Shown piece by piece: positions 53,751 to 64,000 of a stretch of DNA of 64,000 nt. This DNA comes from Ylistrum balloti. Lineage: Eukaryota. The stretch lies in contig NW_026782148.1 of assembly GCF_031769215.1 (NCBI RefSeq), positions 682,001 to 746,000 on the forward strand. The letters are read 5' to 3'. Every line of letters begins with the position of its first letter. The first letter of the stretch is position 1. The notes under the pieces are model-generated. The model ran no database searches and was not told the origin of the DNA. It saw only the letters and a program-made list of their open reading frames with translations. A program made the translations under genes and the position numbers.

Positions 53751-55215
53751 GGTAATCCGAAAGGTCGAAGGGAGACAACTTCCAAAACATCCAACACCGA
53801 CACAACACTATTCACAACAGGTAGGATTCCCAGGATACCCAGGGAGACTGTACCAGGGAGAGTTACTACTGATCCCCTCATTCATTGGTGCATACTGACA
53901 CCTCCTGAGGTATATGGTGTCTTCATCTGTGCTCCAACCCCCGCATTCACATTTGTAAGATAGTGTGCACATACAGCGAAGGCAGTTGTGTACCCAGGAG
54001 TTTTCCGAGCGGAATGCTAGTGCCGAAGTTGTACTCAAAAATAAACAGCATACACCAGTAAACAAGCCTTTTCAAATCTTTGTTAAATAAACCACTTAAT
54101 AGGAAGGAAAAAACACAAACAAACTCCACATTTAAGGCCCTGCGTCCAGTATAAATTAAACATAAAGGGAGCTTCGGGATACATGGACTAGTTGGCAGTC
54201 GGACTCGGGTCTTCTACCGTGGCTGGTAGCATATGAAACCTTGTTAGGTAGGGTAACGGGGATAACGAGTTCTCTATAACTTTTATACAGAACTGTTTAT
54301 TCAAGACCGGCTGTAGGGCCAAAATGCAAACACATCACCAATACCACAATCTCAAAATCTAGAATCTCACACAATTCTACCCAACAAAAACCGGCATACG
54401 TACAACACAACACACAAGCATACAAACTAAACACCATACAAGACCCCTCCTTTTGGTGGCATGACACCAATAACTATTTCGTCATTCCAATGACTGTATA
54501 TTTGCGTAATTAATACCACTACATAATGTATTGGTGAAATCACATGATCATCCTATACAATTGTTAACTATCACCCTTTTATGAATGGCAAACAACTTGA
54601 AACGGTTCAAAATAAACTATATGGACGGCAAAATGACAAAAATGTCCATAGGTTAACCACTATCCTTCATCTAAATCAAAGTGCCGTTATCATTTGGTAA
54701 AAGTAATAAGAAATGAAGGAAACATAAAATGTTCACAATTACATCTGTCACAATGACTTAATTTATAGGAAAAACACACCATTTGAAGTCAACAATTTGA
54801 CCTAATGATGTATTGGATTTAACATTTCATTTATTTAAGTTTAACTTCAAATTATAGCAATCGGTTTATTTTATCCTGGTGGATGTTGTATCATTTTAAA
54901 TACAAATACGACAAATAAGATGGGAGTTATTTGCCCTTGGGAGACGTAGACGGTGTTTACAGAGCTGCGAGTAATACGTGAATTGTAACTTTACGGAGGT
55001 AATGATGTGTATACGACTGCCAATTGAGGTAACTGATTCGTTATTATGTAAATGAAGTATTTCACTGTATTCGGGAAATTCCTCCTGAGTTTATGTTGTC
55101 TATTGCGTAACATACCTGTGACAAGTGAACCGTGAACTGAAAAAACGTACATGTACACGCAAAGCACGGTATGCGCCTATGAGAACTGTAGTGTCTCGCT
55201 TACATTTAAATATAC

Positions 55216-58200
55216 ATGTCTGACAACCGTTTAGCAACTACGAAAAGAGCACTATCATTTGCATCTACTCCCTCTCCTATTCGTAGAGACAATAAAAAGT
55301 TAAACAGTTACCAAACAGTAAACAACTGTGGTACTGATAGCTCTGCTGAGGATGTTTCAACCGAATCGGACACAGTGGAAAACTCTTTTAAAGAACTGTA
55401 TGACCTTAGAGGTAAATACGCAAGAAACTTGATTTTATCCTACATTAATATAAACAGTATACGATATAAGTTTAATGAACTGTCGGATGTCCTCAGAAAG
55501 TCCACGACGAACATTCTTTTTATCGGAGAGACTAAATTAAATGTTTCTTTTAACCAATCCCTATTTCAAGTGGAAGGTTTCACTACTTTTCGTAAGGATA
55601 GGTCTGACCGTGGAGGTGGCCTCATGTGTTTTGTAAACTCTAATTTACCATGTAGACATAGACCCGACTTAGAGTTCCAGCTGGTGGAGTCTATAGTGTT
55701 GGAGGTAACCATCAACAATAGGAAATGGGCCATCATAAGAGTATACAATCCCCCATCCAACTCTAAACCATCTGTGTATGACGATTTGACAATTGGTTTA
55801 GATAGAATCAGCTCACAGTATGATCACTTTAGAATAGCTGAGGATATGAATGTAAATATGCTTTTATCAGAAAATATTTCATCTGATTTATGTGACCTTT
55901 TTGACATGACAAATCTAGTTAAGAATCCTACTTGCTTCATGAAAAATAGCATTCCATCATTAGTTGATGTATTTTTAACTAATAGTCGTCAATTTTTATA
56001 TAGTACCATGTCTTTTAACACGGGAATAAGTGATTGGCATAACATGATCACTACTGTCTTTAAAGGGTTTTTAAAACCAATGCCCAAGGGAAAGAAAAGT
56101 TTTAGAAGTTTCAAAAACTTTGATGAAAAAGCTTTTAATGATGATGTGGGCAACATTCCTTTTCATTCTACTTATGTTTTTGAAAATGTAGATAATATTT
56201 ATTGGGCTCATGAAAAACTATTCATGGAAGTTATAGATGAGCATGCCCCCATTAAGGAAAAGCAGGTAAGGCAAAAGAAATGTCCATTTTTTAATAGCTC
56301 GCTTCGTAAAGCTATTTATCGTAAGCGTATGCTTTTTAACAAGTATAAGAAGGTCAGAACAACATAATTGGGAGATGTATAGACAGCAAAGAAATTTGGT
56401 GACAAAGGCCTGAAAACAGTCTTTGAGAAACTACTTTATTGAAAGGTGTGCTGGTGGGCCAAAATCTCGGGACAACATCAAACCTTTCCTCTCCAAAAAT
56501 GGCTATAGTGCTGACAATAACATTATCTTGAAAGAAAATGAAACAATTGTTTGTGACCAGACTGAAGTGTGTAATGTTTTAAATGACTTATGTAAATGTG
56601 GCTAGTGATATTGGTGGTGATGTCGCAGATGATGACGACATCATTACCAATATCAAAAGTCCTGAAAATAACATTTTTGATTTTAATCCAGTTTCTCCTG
56701 TGTATGTTCACAAAAGTATAAAGCAGTTAATTACCAAAAAGGCAACAGGCCTTGATGGAATTTCGGCCAGACTACATCAGCTATCCACTCTGCAATATTA
56801 TCAATTTCAGTTTCCAATCCAGTACTTTTCCAAGTCAACTTAAAATGGCTCAAGTGGTCCCTGTTTATAAAAAGAAAGATGCCATGGATAAGCAAAATTA
56901 CAGACCTGTCAGTATCTTGCCATGTATCTCAAAATTTTTTGAAAAGAGTATGAATGACCAACTCGGGCAATACTTCAGTAATATTTTTAATTCCTTTCTA
57001 GCCGCCTTTCGACCAGGATTTGGTTGTCAATCTACCCTGTTGAGATTAGCTGAGGATTGGCGAAAGGCCTTGGATAACCAGGAGTATGTCGCCGCCATAC
57101 TCATGGATCTATCCAAGGCTTTTGACTGCTTTCCTCATGATCTGCTGCTCAGACAGCTTGAGGCTTATGGTCTGAGCTCTGACTCAGTAGACCTGGTCTC
57201 TAGCTATTTGAGTGACAGAATTCAGCAGGTTAGGCTGGGTTCCAAATGCGGTGACTGGATGAAAGTGCTGAAAGGTGTCCCTCAAGGCTCAATCATGGGC
57301 CCTTTACTTTTCAATATTTTCATTAATGATTTGTTTTTATGTCAAGTCATCCAACTTATATAATTACGCTGATGATAACACCATCAGTAACTCTAGCAAA
57401 GATCCCCTCACTCTAAAACAAGCTGTTGAAACAGACTGTTCAAACTTGGTTAAATGGTTTTGCAAGAACCAAATGAGGGCAAATCTTGAAAAATTTCAGG
57501 CTCTATGTGTAGTTAAAAAATCAATGGAGGCACATGCCAATTTCAAAATAGATAATGTAACCATTTTACCTGAGAAAACTGTAAAATTGCTTGGAGTTTA
57601 TTTTGATTCACTTTTAAATTTTGACTTTCATGTCTCGGAGCTATGTATAAAGGCCTCCAGACAATTGAATGTTCTGAAAAGAATAGGAACTTACTTAAAT
57701 AAACAGGGCAGAAAAGTTATATATAATTCTTTTATACTTTCAAATTTCCAATTCTGCCCATTAGTCTGGCATTTTACAAGTATGAAAAGTGTGCGAAAGA
57801 TGGAAAAGATCCATGAGCGTGCTCTAAGATTTGTTGAAAGTGATTATGAGTCGTCTTTTATTCAGCTTTTAACAAACAGTAAAACTACTCTTTTACACAT
57901 CAAGAGACTTAAAGACATGGGCTGTGAAGTTTACAAAATTTTATACAAATTGTCCCCTGAATACATTTAAGATCTGGTGAAATGTAAAGAGTCTATTTAT
58001 AATTTTAAGAAGGACTACACAGTCACTGTGCCAAATGTAAAGTCTACCACGTATGGACAAAAATCGTTTAGTTTTGAGGCAGCACGGGTGTGGAACAGCC
58101 TTCCGAATGAATTACGGAAGTGTGAATACTACCCAGAATTCAGGAGGCTGATCCACACCTGGGATGGCCCGATATGTTCCTGTTCTATCTGTGCCAAAAT

Positions 58201-58628
58201 GAAACCTTGATCTGTTTTCTGTGTGTGTTTGTCATTTGGTCTATGTTGCCAATGTTTATTTCTTACTGTTTGTTTCTATATATTTTTTATGGACTAGGGA
58301 CCTGGTTTGTGGGGACTATATTGGCCCAACTTACCAGACCTCTGGGCCATTTTAATTTATAACCATTAGTGCTTTCATAACTTAAAAACTGTGTCTTTAT
58401 GTACATTTTAATCAATGGAAATCCCGTAATTAACATCTCGAGTTACTACTCTGTGCATGTTTTATGTCCATACACGTATGTTTCACATTTTGTTTTTTTT
58501 CTTTTATATTGATATGTTTTGTCGTAATAATAGCTCCTCTGAGCTAATGTTGACTTTGTTTATCATATACGACACAAAATAGTTTATCATATACGACACA
58601 AAATAAAGCTTATTGTATTGTATTGTAT
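55216..58628 (+). mobile_element. Near full-length CR1/L2-superfamily LINE with one APE-RT ORF disrupted by frameshifts and stops, and a (TATTG)n tail
   Basis: ORF pieces 55216..56367, 56423..56605, 56752..57363, 57275..57970 and 57977..58210 tile one polyprotein: ININSIRYKF, FIGETKL, KDRSDRGGGL, SLVDVFLTN, NYRPVSILP, MDLSKAFD, GVPQGSIMGPLLFNIFINDL, YNYADDN, WNSLP...DGPICSCSIC. The element ends aaaataaagcttattgtattgtattgtatt at 58628. The 5' UTR boundary (upstream of 55216) and TSD were not identified. Confidence 0.92.
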
Positions 58629-59154
58629 TACCATATGTGTCGTCTCCATTATCGGACAGCGTGTTTGAGACATCATCCCCAATGAACACTAACGCCCCCA
58701 TCCCCGATCCCTCTTCCAGGTGTTCAACATCTCCAATCAGGCGTTTCTCAGAAATCTTTTATTCTTCCTTCTACTCCTGGGGACACAAGTTTTCAACCAA
58801 CCGATCCCGGGGAAGCGTCTCTGATATGACGTCCAGAGAATTGCCATGGCTGTACGTGTACACGACACCCGATACGCAAGTTGTTCAGAACATCCAACAC
58901 AGCGTACATCAGCAAATCGCCCCTCTACCGGAGAAAGTTTCCCGAGACCCGAAAACGATGATCTTCGCCATCAAATAGGTGATAGAATAGTATATCAGGA
59001 GAACTCTGGTGAAATTGTCCTGCTCTCCCAAGCAGGAGAACGAGAACACAACGGCAACGATCCTGCAAGCAGCCCAAGAAGTAACGTTGACCTCCCACCC
59101 GAAGCTGTGGAACGGTCACATATGTCAAATACCCGTAGATTTTATTTCAAAATT

Positions 59155-59631
59155 TTAAATGCTTTTAACTCCCAGTAAATTGGTTAAATTCACGTCAGTC
59201 GTTCTGGATAAGACGTAATTTAATAGAAAAATTGGCGGATGGCTAACATGATGGCAAACACTCATCAGTCCCATCGACAAGTTGAGCCAATTTATGAAGT
59301 TGAAGACCGACAGACGACGAGCCTGCATTATGACACAGAAAACAAAATACAATGATATTAAGCTACAATTTATTGCATTAAAAGCTTGAGTAGAATTAGA
59401 GTCAAACAACTGATAACATCCTCCACAACTATAAAATAACAAGTCTAATACTTCTTTTAGTTCAGCAATGGTATCTTCGTCATAAAAAACAACCAGGTCT
59501 TCACAAATAACAGCCTCTAGTTGTATACCCAACCAGGCGGCTGTAATAAAATGGGTTGTATACATGTAATGTGTAACGTTTTCCTTTATAAAAGGATAAT
59601 ATCCAGGTACAAATACCAGAAGTGTTACCTG
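59155..59631 (-). other. Unassigned ~158-codon open frame, candidate terminal coding exon
   Basis: Stop-free frame in AT-rich DNA beginning at a ttacag acceptor; the in-phase opposite strand is full of stops. No family recognised. Confidence 0.4.
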
Positions 59632-62600
59632 TAATACGGATATCATCTAAACAATGAAATATATCCTACAGACAAGCTCGCTGGTTTTATGAAATTGTTC
59701 AAATAGAACATAGGAATTTGGAATATCTTTTAATCATAATATTAATTAGAGTTAACAAGAGATCCTACAGGCATCTTGGCACCCATCATCGTTTGATATT
59801 TACTGAATCTTTGATTTAAAGTTGGATCTTTTCCTTCTTTTCTCTTCTAACTCTTGATTACATTAAATTTGAAAATTTTTCTTTCAGAAATAGTGATAGT
59901 CTTTTACTGCCAAATTCAAGAGGGTGGCATGTCCACAATTTTAATTTTCTGATCGGTCCAAACATCAAAATGCCACAACTTGGTGGCAAGGGGCACCTAT
60001 GTTTGTACATATCAGAAAGATCCATCCAGTACTTCATAAAAAACAGCATTACAAGAATTGTTTACAATGATGGACTCGCCACAAACCACAGAGTAGGGCG
60101 ATTTGAAACACCAACTATCCTCAGATGGTGGGCTTAAAATTTCATGTTTCATTTCAATTAATAAATTCAACCTAAATCAATCATGAGGGTTCTTTCAAGG
60201 AAAGTAATGTGGATGGGTGTTTAAATCAACATTCCATAAAAAAAGGCTGAGAAAAAATTGTAACTTCCTGTAGTGCACTTGTATCTGACCACAGCAATAA
60301 CTGTTCTGTACCTAATGCGTCAATATTAATTTTGTGATGTGACTAATGATGGAAAAAACAAACACAGCTCACATTCCTGGTATTTTCATTGCTTCAGAAC
60401 TTAAAAAGAAGAAACATGATCATGGGAAAAAGCAATTCTCTGTGATTGGAACAATCATATATCTGACTTTGCACTGAAGTTAGTAGTAAAGAATGCAGTA
60501 GAATAAAATGGCACACTTCAAGTTTGAGGGACAGTATTAATTAATAATGGAATAATGATGTGCAATTTTACCTAAATATATATCATATTTTTATTTTGTA
60601 GGATAAAGATAAAAATCTGGCAGAATGTCATTCCATACTAAACTTAACTGTGTTACTAATATGCTAATTTACCCCCCCCCACCTAACAGTTTTGGCTTGA
60701 AGGCATTTCTAACAAGAAATATGGGTGGAGGCGTTTTGATTATAATAACTCCAAAGTTGAATGTGTTAAGACAGTAATTTTCCAGTGTTTACTCTGGTTT
60801 TCATAGTGTAATACACTTGGGTGGTGTTTCTTACTACTCGTTTGTGACTATGAAGACAATTTATAAGGACATAACAATACGAAATTAAGTTAATGTGTTA
60901 ACAATACAGCAACAGGTCTGGAGAGTAGACTAAGCAGGGTCCTAACAGCACAAATATGTAACAACAGCTTTTCTGAAATTACGAAGAAAACCCAACATAT
61001 TAAAAACGTTAACATGATCTATTAAATATTACTAAGAATATATCTTATATATATATATAGCCAACACACACCTTGGTTACTCAACTTCACACCAACATTG
61101 TATAAATGTTATCTAAATTCACATAGTGCCTCTCTAAAAATAGAAATATATCAGTTTTGATTAATGAGGTCAATGCAAAAAACGATCATGTTAAATTCAT
61201 CAAAGACATCACTCCCAACAATCTGACATGGGGTTGTTAGGATAATCCTACCACAATAATAGTGTATGGCATGTGTTAATACAGCAGAATTCACATTTCA
61301 AAAGAACCGAGATACATCCTATAGGGATCAAACAGTCCAGAATTGTTTACGATACTAAATAACATCAAACAGTTGTTGCTTATATATTTATCATCACTAT
61401 ATAGTATGACTGCCAGAAACTGGATATACAACATTACACTAACTAGGTATTTTTCTAGATTTAACATGCAATATAGAAATATAGTGATTAAATTTGCCAA
61501 AATAAACTTTTTTAAAATAAGGTATAATAAACAAAGCATTTTCTTTATGTCTTGTATCATATCTATGGATTTGCATGCCTCCAATGCTTGTTTTCCTCTT
61601 TTGAGACTCAGTATGGAAATTGAAAAGCACCAAATGAAGTATATGGTGCAAGTAGACGATTGAGCAAGAAAAGTAGGGCCCGACAATATAAGAGAAAATA
61701 ACACAGGCAATAACAAGTGGAATGCTAGGAGTATAACATAAATAGTTATCTATACAGAATAGTGGAGGATTAGCAGGATTATAACACAGGCCATACATGT
61801 ACCTATGGTACACTTCTCCGAGGAAAACACAAACATTTAACATCTATATATCTACATTCCTGCTGATGCTGAGGATACATATTGGTTTGAAATCTGGTGT
61901 AAATCTGATCGTAAACAATATTGTAAAAATGTTTAATCTTCCATGAACTACATGTGGATCTAATATCACTAGAATTTAACAAGCTCTAGCAAGGTTTAAA
62001 AACCAACCATACACAATTACTGCAGAAAGAGATGGATACAGACAACTTAATTGGGTAAGTGTTCACTTTCATTTCAAAAATGTTATATATACGTGGTGTA
62101 GGATTGTAAGGCCAAGTTCAAATACTGCTAGGATACAAATGCAAAATAGGAAAAAAAAACCCTAAAAAACCCAAAAAACAAAACTATAATACAACACAAA
62201 CTACAAACTAATACCTACTTCACACTACATCACGCAAGACTACAAAACTCAAATTTCCTGAAAGCTGTGAAAATGAAGCTGCCTAATAGGATGTAGTAGG
62301 CCTGGGCTGTTCATAGTGCTGTTAACTTTAGACAGGTATTGACTCAAATTTTCAAATTAAATTGTGCACGTGATTTAAATTTCCTTCTTGTGTTAGGTCA
62401 CAGAATTCCAATGTATGCAGAGAAAAGACAACCAATATTAGAAAACTGTTCACTTCTGGTTTCAATGAATATGAAAATATTTTCTATTGATAAATTGGTG
62501 TGTTCTAGAGTTACACAGCACTTAAAAACAACTAGGCTTTTGCCTTGAAGTAGAACAGTAGAGACATATATTATGGAAGAACGATTCTAGTTGTGAAAAC

Positions 62601-64000
62601 CGTCACTCACAAAGGCATGATTACATAAAAATACTTCAATGTAATATATAAAATTTTTGTATTTAAACTTGCGATTATTTCAACATTTCAAAAATGTTTT
62701 ACACAATAATCTGACAAGGTATTACATATACAGTACAAAGTGGAATATCAGCCATTTTTGAAAATATATTTAACAAACCTCAGACTCTGTTACGACTGAA
62801 GAAGTCAACAATGAAAGGTATCGCAGTTGTTAATGTATTCTGTAGAATTTGATTTTAAAATCACCCAAATAAGAAAAACTACATTATAAGATTTATTGGT
62901 GAATCATTGAGATATTGCACAGGTGTGGATGAAAAACAAATTCCAAATCAAATGCTCTAAAGAGAATTGGGATGCTGAATAATCTAAGTAAAAACAATGT
63001 ATAGATGTATAAAATAGTGTTTTAATCACAACCTCTACCACATTCATCTACAGAACCAATTTGACTAGTTTTTAAACTAATATGCAGAGAAAACTCTTCC
63101 AAATATATCTTCTGATTACAAATTTGTAAATTCTAAACTCAATTTGAAGATTATAGTGGTAGGCGAAAAGGACCTCAATTTTTTTAAACAATTTTCTATA
63201 TAGTGACCACTCTATGGCAAGTTCTTGTTTAACACCAAATATTTCAATAATTACAGCTATTCATCATGAAAACAATATTTAATTTTTCAACAGAAATTTT
63301 CATCCAAATTTCAAGAATTGTTTAAAGTTAAATCTGGAAAATGACCTACATATAACTCATTCGCATTAACATTTAATTTTCAAAGCTAATTTGCAACATT
63401 TGCATCCAGATACATACATGGTTGTGTCCCTTTCGTGATCTAATCGGTCAAAACTGATCAGAAAAATTTGCATATGTCAACAATAATATTTCCCAAGCAT
63501 ATAATTACAAATACATTGATGTTCAATCTGTGAATACGACTGAACACAGAATTGATTACATGGTTTGGCCAAAGTGGCAAGATAATACATTAAATATTTC
63601 AATAATAAATAAGCTGTGTTTCTGTAAATGGTCACTAACTGTTGTTAACAACAACCTGTACTAAATAAATGCACCAGTGTTGTAAAAATAAATGGCAAAA
63701 TAAAAATTCTACAATTTTATAATGAAATATTTACAATTACCGGTAAATTTGTTAATTGAAAATTATAAACAAAAGACAAAATAACACTATCCATCCAACA
63801 ACCTGTTATTTTCAAATATTTTCATCACATTTTCACAAAAAAAGGAGAAAAAGAAACTACCTATTCAAAATCCTACCAACACCTCCAATACAAAATGGTT
63901 TTTACCTGAACTATTTACTTATTGAAGATAAAATATTAGAGACAAGTTATGAATCACCCGTACTTTAAGTATGAAAACTACATCAAATGTCGGTTGAAAA

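Noticed and set aside
55216-58210. Functional cellular endonuclease or RT gene, or a retron/DGR-type system
   Set aside because: Multiple frameshifts and stops, a standard LINE APE-RT layout and a simple-repeat tail; no template/variable repeat pair or ncRNA partner seen.
61291-61843. Three overlapping 106-141 aa ORFs
   Set aside because: Compositionally biased with no splice or start support; HRYDTR...IPYF..YFGKF suggests at most an old LINE 3' remnant on the minus strand.

Overview
AT-rich, intron-containing animal genomic DNA, most consistent with a bivalve mollusc (V-SINE core, CR1/L2/I-clade LINEs, Tc1, MULE and Maverick remnants, F-type lectin genes). The ORF track fragments the real genes, so I rebuilt them by hand from GT-AG splice sites and phase matching. 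Five spliced genes are supported: (1) a secreted CUB / Cys-rich / CUB / antistasin-like protein (minus, 13130 to at least 5943, 3' end unresolved); (2) SSNA1/NA14 (plus, 15609-19432); (3) a BCL10-like CARD adaptor (minus, 27549-23150); (4, 5) two tandem paralogues encoding signal peptide + PAN/apple + F-type lectin domain (minus, 34247-31387 and 49698-41824). The most striking observation is in both lectin domains: the fucose-binding His is replaced by Cys, a second new Cys sits at the facing position of the C-terminal strand, and the second Arg and vicinal CC are lost. This suggests a disulfide-locked F-type lectin with paralogue-variable loops, next to an NF-kB-pathway adaptor. The rest is transposon debris, minisatellites, an inverted-array composite element and two unassigned coding-like blocks near 58.6-59.6 kb. 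No rRNA, intact tRNA or CRISPR array was seen. All homology calls are by-eye recognition; no search was run.
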